A stretch of DNA of 64,000 nt, from NCBI GenBank assembly GCA_945898045.1, contig CAMDGG010000001.1, positions 36,148 to 100,147 of the forward strand. The letters run 5' to 3'. Within the stretch, counting starts at the first letter, position 1. Each line of letters begins with the position of its first letter. Source of the stretch: a bacterium UBP8_UBA817 (GTDB lineage: Bacteria; Margulisbacteria; Marinamargulisbacteria; SXXA01; SICP01). Below the pieces are notes generated by a model. The model made no database searches, was not told the DNA's origin, and saw nothing but the letters and a program-made list of their open reading frames with translations. The translations under genes and the position numbers were made by a program. Below, piece by piece: positions 56,215 through 64,000 of the stretch.

Positions 56215-56553
56215 GTGTCTCGCATAGATCGTCTTTCGACTTTAATACAAAAAGAAATTGCTGATATCTTGCATCGTCGTATTAATGACCCGCATATTGG
56301 GTTTATTAGTATTACGCGTGTTCGTGTTTCCCCTGATTTAGAACATGCATGGATTCATTACAGCCAAATTGGAGATGATGCGGCGAAAGAATTGACGCTC
56401 AAGCGATTAAAAATCGCATGCAAATTCATTCGCTATGAATTAGGAAAAGTACTTGAGACCAAAAAAGTACCTAACCTGCGCTTTTGCTTTGACGATTCTC
56501 TTGAGAAGGGTACCGAAATTCTTAAAAAACTGCATCAACTTGGCAATGACTGA
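56215..56553 (+). CDS. rbfA: Ribosome-binding factor A
   Basis: RIDRL...IQKEIA.IL...INDP, SPDLEHA, P.LRF..DDSLEKG. Follows infB. Confidence 0.93.
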   Translation: MSRIDRLSTLIQKEIADILHRRINDPHIGFISITRVRVSPDLEHAWIHYSQIGDDAAKELTLKRLKIACKFIRYELGKVLETKKVPNLRFCFDDSLEKGTEILKKLHQLGND

Positions 56554-57514
56554 TCGCAAGAATCTCCAAGATTTAAATCATCATTTACTCAATGCCTCTC
56601 GCGTTTTGATTTTGACGCATCAACAGCCTGATTTAGATGCCATTGGCTCTGCGCTTTCATGGTCGCACCAGCTTAAAGCACAAGGTATTTCTTCCTATAT
56701 TTTTGTAGCAGACAAGCTTTATAACCAATTTGATTTTCTACCCGGACTTTCTGCAGTACAGAAAAATCTTCCGAAGTTTAAAGATTTTGATACGCTCTTG
56801 GTTTTAGATTGCTCTAATCTTTCACGCGTAAAAAATATCGACTCTCTTAAGCTAGATTTAAATAGCATGACTGTAATTAATATCGATCACCATACGGATA
56901 ATACTTTTTTTGGAAATGTGAATTTGGTTGAAGATATTTCATCTGTAGGTGAGCTGTCTTGTATGATCTTTTCTGAACTCAAATGGACGATTACGCCTGA
57001 TATCGCAACATGCCTTTATGCTGCCATTTTATTTGACACCGGATGCTTCACCAATACCAATGTCTCCCCTCAAACATTTCGGGTTTGTGCCCAACTTGTT
57101 CAAGCTAACGCTCGCGCGCATTATGTTACAGAACAAATGTATGAAAGCTATTCTCAAGCATCGTATGCAACACTTCGGGTGGGGCTAGAACGTCTTCAAG
57201 TCCGAAAAGAGTATGCGTTTACCAGCATACCAAAAGAAGTGCGTGAAGGTGATATTAAGCTGATTGAATTTATTCGGAAATTATCGGGCATTCAAGTTGC
57301 ACTGGTATTTCGAGAAATGGAAAATGGCTCTATAAAAGTGAGTTTGCGATCTAAATCTACGTTTAGCGTTTCGAAATTTGCGGCCCTATTTGGTGGTGGC
57401 GGGCATCACAGAGCTTCGGGTATTATCGTTGAAGGTTTGTTAAAAGAAACGATGGAGCAGATGTGCAAAAAACTTGAAGATGTTTTGCCTGATCCAAGTT
57501 TTTATGTGTCCTAA
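56546..57514 (+). CDS. nrnA: DHH/DHHA1 family oligoribonuclease / pAp phosphatase
   Basis: THQQPDLDAIGS, LDCS, NIDHH, FDTG, VSLRS, GGGGHHRASG. Start placed at ATG 56546. Confidence 0.92.
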   Translation: MTDRKNLQDLNHHLLNASRVLILTHQQPDLDAIGSALSWSHQLKAQGISSYIFVADKLYNQFDFLPGLSAVQKNLPKFKDFDTLLVLDCSNLSRVKNIDSLKLDLNSMTVINIDHHTDNTFFGNVNLVEDISSVGELSCMIFSELKWTITPDIATCLYAAILFDTGCFTNTNVSPQTFRVCAQLVQANARAHYVTEQMYESYSQASYATLRVGLERLQVRKEYAFTSIPKEVREGDIKLIEFIRKLSGIQVALVFREMENGSIKVSLRSKSTFSVSKFAALFGGGGHHRASGIIVEGLLKETMEQMCKKLEDVLPDPSFYVS

Positions 57515-57519
57515 ATCCT

Positions 57520-58224
57520 ATGCCAGACGGTTTTTTATTAGTAGATAAACCTCCTGGGATTTCATCTTTTCGGGTTGTGGGTCGTGTTCGGGCATTAACA
57601 GGCATTAAACGCGTTGGACATGCTGGCACATTAGACCCGTTTGCTTCAGGACTTTTAATACTTGCTATGGGCCGCGACTATACGCGCCAAATACAATCAT
57701 TTCAGGATTTACCCAAAGTGTATTCTGCATGCATGGTACTTGGGGTTGAAACAGATACGTTGGATCATGAAGGCACTATTCTTTCGACAGATGACACGTT
57801 TTCGATTTCTACAAAAGACGAAATTCGAGATCGACTAGAGTCTGTATTATCTCAATTCAAAGGGGATTTGCAACAATTTCCCCCTGCATTTTCTGCTAAA
57901 AAAGTAAAAGGGGTTCGCCTTTATAAATTGGCACGCAAGGGTATTGAAATAGAAGTGAAAGCCCATGCGATCCATATCTATGAGTTGCGTATCGATCAAA
58001 TTATTGTTGGCCAAACACCGTTGGCTTGGTTTACGGTCTGGTGCTCAAAAGGCACCTACGTTCGTCAGTTGGCCAAAGACTTGGCTATCGCGATTGGCAC
58101 CGTTGGACATCTTACCGCATTACGACGTGTGTCCAGTGGATCGTATTCCTGTGATCAGGCAATAGAGTATGCGTCTCTTACGCCAGAATTGATTGAATCA
58201 AAGTGTTTTTATGAGTGCCCTTAA
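57520..58224 (+). CDS. truB: tRNA pseudouridine-55 synthase
   Basis: DKPPGISS, GHAGTLDPFASG, PPAFSAKKV.G.RLY.LAR, CSKGTYVR. Confidence 0.96.
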   Translation: MPDGFLLVDKPPGISSFRVVGRVRALTGIKRVGHAGTLDPFASGLLILAMGRDYTRQIQSFQDLPKVYSACMVLGVETDTLDHEGTILSTDDTFSISTKDEIRDRLESVLSQFKGDLQQFPPAFSAKKVKGVRLYKLARKGIEIEVKAHAIHIYELRIDQIIVGQTPLAWFTVWCSKGTYVRQLAKDLAIAIGTVGHLTALRRVSSGSYSCDQAIEYASLTPELIESKCFYECP

Positions 58225-59074
58225 TATCACATTATTTGGCGTTCCCGAAACACCCATTCATACCTTAGGCCTGGGTGTTTTTGATGGCTTACATCGGGGG
58301 CACATGGCGATTGCTTCTCACTGTCAGGCACTCCTTACGCTGAGTCCTCACCCGGCTTTGGTTCTCGGCAAAAAAACGTCTTTGGAAGTGCTCTCTACCC
58401 TACCAGAACTGCGCCATCTTTTTCCTCAGGTCATTCATTTACCTTTTACAAAAGAAATCTCTCAGTTAGAGCCTACCGTATTTTTAGAAGCCCTTATTTT
58501 TCATCAGCTGGCTCCTAAGAAAATAATCGTCGGCTATGATTATCGATTTGGTGTAGGCGGAAAAGGAGATTTTGCTTTCTTGCAAAACTGGGCGACGGGA
58601 CACGGTATTGAAACTGTTCAAATTCCTCCATACGCCTATCAGGGTCAGGTCGTAAAAAGTTCTGATATCCGCACGTATTTACTTGAAGGTCAGTTTGACA
58701 AGGCCATTGCATTATTGGGTCACCCCTATTTAATTATAGGCAACGTAGTACACGGTGAGGGACGTGGGAAAAAACTGGGATTTCCTACGGCAAACCTTCA
58801 ACTCCCGAAACATAAACTTGTTCCAAAATTGGGAGTTTACGCCGGAACTGTTTTAATTAAAAAAGAATCGCTTCCCGCTATTATTTATATTGGCAAGAAG
58901 CCGACTTTTGGTGAACATGCAGTTGTAGTAGAAGTCCATATTCCGGGTTTTGATCAGGTATTATATGGTCAAGATTTAGCTGTTTTTTTAACCAAGAAAA
59001 TTCGAGGCGAAATGGTTTTTTCAGGCCCAGAGGCGCTTGTTCAACAAATTCAGCTTGATTTAACCGCTATTTAA
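58211..59074 (+). CDS. ribF: Bifunctional riboflavin kinase / FAD synthetase
   Basis: GVFDGLHRGH, VGYDYRFG, SSDIR, G.GRG..LGFPTAN, EVHI..F...LYG. Confidence 0.94.
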   Translation: MSALNITLFGVPETPIHTLGLGVFDGLHRGHMAIASHCQALLTLSPHPALVLGKKTSLEVLSTLPELRHLFPQVIHLPFTKEISQLEPTVFLEALIFHQLAPKKIIVGYDYRFGVGGKGDFAFLQNWATGHGIETVQIPPYAYQGQVVKSSDIRTYLLEGQFDKAIALLGHPYLIIGNVVHGEGRGKKLGFPTANLQLPKHKLVPKLGVYAGTVLIKKESLPAIIYIGKKPTFGEHAVVVEVHIPGFDQVLYGQDLAVFLTKKIRGEMVFSGPEALVQQIQLDLTAI

Positions 59075-59095
59075 TAAGATATTGAGGTAACCCTT

Positions 59096-60466
59096 ATGTC
59101 CTATAGAGAAGATTCATTTGCTGATCGTAGTCAGCTTGCCAATATTATTACGCTGATGCGTATTTTGGGTGTCGTCTTTATCTTCTGGGTGACGCCCTTT
59201 CGTAGCGTGGTCTCCCAACTTTGGATTATCGTACTTTTTATCATTGTCTGCGCGACCGATTATTTAGATGGTTGGGTTGCACGTCGATTTAATATCGTTT
59301 CTGACACAGGCAAAGTGCTCGATCCTCTTGCGGATAAAATTCTTGTTTTACTCTTTTTACCTCTCTTGGAAATGAAAGCCATTTCGTCGTTTCCGGTGTT
59401 TATTATTTTGGCTCGGGAATTTGCGATTATGGCCTTGCGAGTTGTTTCTGCTAAAAAAGGTCATATTATTTCGGCTAATTTATCGGGCAAAATTAAGACC
59501 GCGATTACGTTTCCGGTCTGTGGCATTTTGCTTGCCCGTGTACACGTACCCCTTGGACACAAAATCCCTTTTTATTTGTACCCTCTTCGGCAGGTGCAGC
59601 TTTGGGTTCTGTCTTGGCCACAGTGGGTCGTGCAAGGACTGATTACGTTAACCGTTGCAATTACGATATGGTCCCTTTTAGATTATTTAGCAAAATTTTC
59701 GTGGCAATTATTGCTAGAAAAAGCCAATGGAGATGTGTCAAAAGCCAAATACTCTCTTAAGAAATTAATTCCCAATGCCATTTCTACAGGTAATCTCTTG
59801 ATCGGTGTTTTTGCTATAGTTTCTGCCTATCAAGATCACTTATCCCGTGCTGTCATGTTGGTACTGATTAGTATTTTTCTAGATGGCATTGATGGCAGCG
59901 TTGCGCGCAAGTTACAAGTGGAATCAGAATTAGGGGCTAAGCTAGATTCTCGGGCAGATTTTGTTTGCTTTGGGTTTGCCCCCGCCGTTATTATTTGGCT
60001 TGTTTTTTCAGAAACCACGATGGCGTACTCGCCGCTCATTGGCCTTGTACTTGGTCTATTTTATTACGGCTGCGTGCATTATCGTTTAAAGCGTTTTTCT
60101 GCAACGGGGGGGCATTCTGCATTGTTTCAAGGGATTCCTTCTCCTGTTGGTGCGTCCTTAATTGTTTTGGCTAGCGTTTCGGATCAATTATCTCAGCCGT
60201 TTATTTTTATTTTTATAGTGATTGCCTCTTCACTTTTAATGATTTCAAAAATCCCTTATGTCCATAATCAGGCAATAAAACAAACGTTTTTACGCTTTTT
60301 TCAGAAACCTAGCTTTGTTGTTTTTGTTCTCACGATTCTATCTCTTTCTCACATTATCCCGATTCTTTCAGACTATACGGCCATATTTGCACATCTGTTT
60401 TTAGGATGCGTTGGGCTTTATATTATTTCGCCTTTGTTTATTAGAAACCCAAGCGCTTTAACTTAG
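59096..60466 (+). CDS. Tandem CDP-alcohol phosphatidyltransferase fusion (PgsA-like + PssA-like)
   Basis: Two complete D(x)2DG(x)2AR...G(x)2-3D(x)3D motifs: TDYLDGWVARR..GKVLDPLADK and LDGIDGSVARKL..GAKLDSRADF, plus the PssA-type FQGIPSP. Confidence 0.9.
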   Translation: MSYREDSFADRSQLANIITLMRILGVVFIFWVTPFRSVVSQLWIIVLFIIVCATDYLDGWVARRFNIVSDTGKVLDPLADKILVLLFLPLLEMKAISSFPVFIILAREFAIMALRVVSAKKGHIISANLSGKIKTAITFPVCGILLARVHVPLGHKIPFYLYPLRQVQLWVLSWPQWVVQGLITLTVAITIWSLLDYLAKFSWQLLLEKANGDVSKAKYSLKKLIPNAISTGNLLIGVFAIVSAYQDHLSRAVMLVLISIFLDGIDGSVARKLQVESELGAKLDSRADFVCFGFAPAVIIWLVFSETTMAYSPLIGLVLGLFYYGCVHYRLKRFSATGGHSALFQGIPSPVGASLIVLASVSDQLSQPFIFIFIVIASSLLMISKIPYVHNQAIKQTFLRFFQKPSFVVFVLTILSLSHIIPILSDYTAIFAHLFLGCVGLYIISPLFIRNPSALT

Positions 60467-62070
60467 AGCGCAGTCCCAACAGGAATACGTTGCGCCAGAT
60501 GTTCGTAAGGCTGGATCGTATGGTTTTCTAGGCATGTGTCTAAGTCTTGCCAAGTGAGTGCAGGGATATTCAAAAAGGCTTCTATTTTTTGTGTCAGCTC
60601 TGGCATGACGGGTTTTAAATAAATGGTGAGTAGCCGGAGTGCGTTTAGGCCAGTGGTACAGATAATAGCGGCTTGTTCTGGAGAGTCTTTTACTACTGAC
60701 CACGGTGCGTTTTCGTCGATATATTTATTACTTTTGTCGGCTAAAGCCATGATACTGCGCATTGCTTTTGCGTAATCTAGGGCTTCATAACAGGCTGCTA
60801 TCGACTCTTTTTCTGCGGTTATTTCATCGAGTAGCACGTGACCGGCTTTATCAATCGTTGTTAATTTTTCGTTGAGTTTTTTGGTGACGATGGAACCTAG
60901 ACGACTTCCGATATTAACCACTTTATTCACGATGTCAGAGTTTACACGATAGATAAAATCTTCCATATTGAGGTCAATATCTTCAATACTTCCTGATAAT
61001 TTTGCGGCGTAATAATACCGTAAAAATTCTGGGCTAAATTTCTCTAAATAGTGTCTGGCTGTGATAAAAGTCCCTCTGCTTTTGGACATCTTTTCGCCGT
61101 TGATGGTTAAGAAGCCGTGAACGTGTAGCTTTTTAGGCAGATTATACTCTGAGACCATGAGCATGGCGGGCCAAAATAGTGCATGAAAATACAGAATGTC
61201 TTTACCGATGAAGTGGTGGATTTCGAATTCGTTATTTTTCCATATAGGCTCAAACGGAATATCGTTTTCGCGACACCATTTTTGTGTTGTTGCAATATAG
61301 CCCACGGGAGCGTCTAGCCAGACGTAAAAATATTTATCGGTTGTGCCTGGGATTTTAAATCCAAAATAAGGTGCATCGCGTGAAATATCCCAATCTTGCA
61401 GGCCTGTTTTAAACCATTCTTGAAGTTTATTTTGTAGCTCTGGCTTGAGATGTTCTTCGCTATTGATCCAGGTTTGTAATTGCTCAGAAAATTGGGAGAG
61501 TTTAAAGAAATAGTGTGTTGATTTTTTTAGAATGGGCTCGGCGCCGGAGAGAGTGCTTTTGGGATTGATAAGATCTGTTGGGGCATACGTTGCACCACAG
61601 GATTCGCACGAGTCTCCGTATTGGTCTTCGGTTTTGCATTTGGGACAGGTTCCTTTGATGAAACGATCGGGCAAAAACATGGCATCTGCTTCGCTATAGT
61701 ATTGTTCGATTTCTTTTTCGTAGATGGCGCCTTTTTCTTTTGCATTTAGAAAGATTTCTTCGGCCAGGCATCGATTCTCTTCTGAATTTGTGGAACCGTA
61801 ATGATCGAAGCTGATGTTGAAGGCTTTGAAATCTTGGACATGGTCTTTATGTATGGATGCGATGAGGGCTTCTGGCGTGATGTTTTGTTGTTTTGCTGAG
61901 ATGACTATCGGTGTGCCATGGGTGTCGTCTGCGCACATGTAATAGCAGGTGTTTCCGATGAGCTTTTGATAACGAACAAAAATATCGGTTTGAATGTATT
62001 CGACGAGATGCCCTAGGTGAATTTGGCCATTGGCATAGGGTAGAGCGCTTGTGACTAGTAGTTTTCTCAT
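60463..62070 (-). CDS. metG: Methionine--tRNA ligase (short form without the C-terminal dimerisation domain)
   Basis: [19 protein letters not shown], Zn knuckle [25 protein letters not shown]. Confidence 0.97.
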   Translation of the reverse strand: MRKLLVTSALPYANGQIHLGHLVEYIQTDIFVRYQKLIGNTCYYMCADDTHGTPIVISAKQQNITPEALIASIHKDHVQDFKAFNISFDHYGSTNSEENRCLAEEIFLNAKEKGAIYEKEIEQYYSEADAMFLPDRFIKGTCPKCKTEDQYGDSCESCGATYAPTDLINPKSTLSGAEPILKKSTHYFFKLSQFSEQLQTWINSEEHLKPELQNKLQEWFKTGLQDWDISRDAPYFGFKIPGTTDKYFYVWLDAPVGYIATTQKWCRENDIPFEPIWKNNEFEIHHFIGKDILYFHALFWPAMLMVSEYNLPKKLHVHGFLTINGEKMSKSRGTFITARHYLEKFSPEFLRYYYAAKLSGSIEDIDLNMEDFIYRVNSDIVNKVVNIGSRLGSIVTKKLNEKLTTIDKAGHVLLDEITAEKESIAACYEALDYAKAMRSIMALADKSNKYIDENAPWSVVKDSPEQAAIICTTGLNALRLLTIYLKPVMPELTQKIEAFLNIPALTWQDLDTCLENHTIQPYEHLAQRIPVGTAL

Positions 62071-63218
62071 GCGAGTATCTGTATCCAGTTTCTTTTTCCT
62101 GCTTTGATTAGATAGTTTTGAGTGGTTGCCAATTGTTTGAATGGATCGGTTTCTTTTTCTCCATCTACTGTTACGGCACCTTGTTGAATTAAGCGATGGG
62201 CTTCCTTTTTAGAAGGCGCCATTTTATTGTCTATTAAAAATTGATCTAGCCTTATGTCTGTGACCAGTGTGGTTTCGGGAATATCTGTTGGGATTTGGTT
62301 TTGTGAAAAAACACGCAAGAATTCTTCATAGGCTGCTTCTGCCTCTTCGGCACTGTGGAGGCGCGTAACGATGTGTTTTGCTAGTGTGATTTTAGCGTCT
62401 CTTGGGTGGGTTTCTGATGAGAAATCTAACGTTGTAAGAAGATCATAATATTTTGGCATGAGCGCGTCAGGAATGGACATAAGTTTGCCGAACATTTCTT
62501 TGGGAGTGTCTAAAATGGCGATGTGATTATGGAGAGATTTACTCATTTTTTGGACGCCGTCTAGCCCTTCTAAAATGGGGGCTGTGATGACGCCTTGTGG
62601 CTTTTGTCCGTATTCTTTTTGGAGATGTCGGCCCATGAGCAGGTTAAACGTTTGGTCCGTTCCGCCCATTTCGATATCGCTTTTTAATTCTACCGAATCA
62701 TAGCCTTGGAAAAGTGGGTATAAAAATTCGTGAAGGCTAATAGACTGTTCGCCTTTGAATCGCTTGGAAAAGTCATCTCTTTCGAGCATTCTAGCAACGG
62801 TATAGTGTGCTGTTAGTTTGACGATGTCCGTAGCCGTTAACTTGCTTAACCATGTGCTATTAAAAACGACTGTGGTTTTTTTAGGATCTAAAATTTTAAA
62901 GACTTGGTCTTGATAGGTCTTGGCATTTTCTAGTACCTGTTCGGATGTGAGGGGTTTTCTGGTTTCGGATTTTCCAGTGGGATCCCCAATCATGGCTGTA
63001 AAATCACCGATTAAAAATAATACGTGGTGACCTAAAGATTGGAGAAGGGCAAGCTTATTGAGTACCACCATGTGGCCCAAATGCAAATCTGGCGCCGAGG
63101 GATCAGCTCCCCATTTAATGGTTAATGGTTTTTGCGATTGGAAAAGGGTTTCGATTAGGTTTTCGGGATGTATTGTATCGAGTCCGCGCCGAATTTTCTC
63201 AATGTTTGTATGCATCAT
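62067..63218 (-). CDS. tyrS: Tyrosine--tRNA ligase
   Basis: [40 protein letters not shown], and an S4-like C-terminus. Start probably at ATG 63218 or 63215. Confidence 0.96.
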   Translation of the reverse strand: MMHTNIEKIRRGLDTIHPENLIETLFQSQKPLTIKWGADPSAPDLHLGHMVVLNKLALLQSLGHHVLFLIGDFTAMIGDPTGKSETRKPLTSEQVLENAKTYQDQVFKILDPKKTTVVFNSTWLSKLTATDIVKLTAHYTVARMLERDDFSKRFKGEQSISLHEFLYPLFQGYDSVELKSDIEMGGTDQTFNLLMGRHLQKEYGQKPQGVITAPILEGLDGVQKMSKSLHNHIAILDTPKEMFGKLMSIPDALMPKYYDLLTTLDFSSETHPRDAKITLAKHIVTRLHSAEEAEAAYEEFLRVFSQNQIPTDIPETTLVTDIRLDQFLIDNKMAPSKKEAHRLIQQGAVTVDGEKETDPFKQLATTQNYLIKAGKRNWIQILA

Positions 63219-63361
63219 AATAGCGTCTGCTTCTTTTTTTAGCTCAAAATTGGTACACTGTAACTTTGTCTTTGAGCATATCAAGTTTAGGAGGCCGCTT
63301 CAAGTTGATCTTCCGTTCCCGACACTCTATTGGTAAAGTCTCCAAAACATCTTCTCGCTCA

Positions 63362-64000
63362 ATGGGTGCTAAGTACCAATCTCAGCGCACTGGTCAGCGC
63401 CGGATTTTTGCGTTTTTTCAAAAAATTCTTGTGTTTGCCATTATTGGTGGCGCATTTTCTTCTATCGTTTTAGGTGGCATGACGTTTTATTTATCCAGCA
63501 AACTCCCGGATGTCGATACGATCAGCACCTATATCCCTTCAGAAACCACCAAGATTTACTCTTCAGACGGGACTTTACTTGCAGATTTACACCACGAAGA
63601 AAATCGGGTTTTTATTCCCATAGAAAGAATCTCTCCCATTTTACAGAAATCTGTTATCGCTATTGAAGACTCACGCTTTTATTCACACCACGGGGTAGAT
63701 CCCATTGGGATATTACGTGCCATTGCGGTGGATATTAAATCGGGAGGGTTTGTACAAGGTGCCAGTACACTTACCCAACAATTGGCCAGAAATCTTTTTT
63801 TAAGTAAGCGCAAGCACCTTGGCCGAAAATTATCCGAAATGATGTTGGCTGTAGAAATTGAGCGAAAATATACCAAAACCGAAATTCTTGAAATGTACCT
63901 AAACCAAGTCTATTGGGGCCATAACGCATACGGAATAGAGTCTGCTTCTCAAATGTATTTTGGGAAATCTGCCAGTGATTTAACGCTTGCCGAATCGGCA
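63362..64000 (+). CDS. Class A penicillin-binding protein (PBP1A family), N-terminal part (runs off the window edge)
   Basis: Hand translation: TM helix, then TKIYSSDG, AIEDSRFYSHHGVD, QGASTLTQQLARNLFL, RKLSE, LEMYLNQVYWG...YGIESASQMYFGK. Confidence 0.95.
   Translation, partial: MGAKYQSQRTGQRRIFAFFQKILVFAIIGGAFSSIVLGGMTFYLSSKLPDVDTISTYIPSETTKIYSSDGTLLADLHHEENRVFIPIERISPILQKSVIAIEDSRFYSHHGVDPIGILRAIAVDIKSGGFVQGASTLTQQLARNLFLSKRKHLGRKLSEMMLAVEIERKYTKTEILEMYLNQVYWGHNAYGIESASQMYFGKSASDLTLAESA

Noticed and set aside
63219-63284. N-terminal extension of TyrS given by the ORF track (also the extended starts of hpf, MNT, hldD, nrnA and ribF)
   Set aside because: These are longest-ORF artefacts. Family alignment and RBS or overlap positions favour the downstream ATGs.
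63679-63876. 65-aa minus-strand ORF
   Set aside because: It is antisense to the PBP1A transglycosylase domain.

Overview
This is a bacterial chromosomal window of roughly 40% GC (estimated by eye). The organism is probably a diderm: it has the LPS heptose epimerase hldD and Terrabacteria-style hpf, nusA and infB genes. A Margulisbacteria-like lineage is my inference and is not proven. Housekeeping genes occupy 1-1448 and 44.6-64 kb: glmU (partial), hpf, tRNA-Gly, tig-clpP-clpX, an lplA-like gene, tsaC, pilB/gspE, mreB, hldD, nusA-infB-rbfA-nrnA-truB-ribF, a pgsA-pssA fusion, metG, tyrS and PBP1A (partial). Between them lies about 43 kb of mostly unannotatable DNA in five parts. (1) A 7-gene minus-strand operon that starts with two small needle/inner-rod-like helical proteins, continues with four coiled-coil orphans, and ends in a lone, divergent FlgE/F/G-type axial protein. 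(2) Divergently transcribed, a HEAT-like gene and a 6669-aa giant. The giant has an N-terminal transglutaminase-like Cys-His-Asp domain and five translocator-like internal repeats, and an out-of-frame OTU-deubiquitinase-like tail follows its stop. (3) A toxin-antitoxin/Fic cassette cluster with a 35-bp direct repeat. (4) A 5-gene orphan operon ending in a 2579-aa Leu-rich solenoid. (5) A Schlafen/AlbA-ATPase gene. The best candidate for an undescribed system is parts 1 and 2 together: a flagellum-derived or highly divergent type-III-like injection module with a giant translocator/effector. All homology calls are by-eye motif recognition, and no searches were run.
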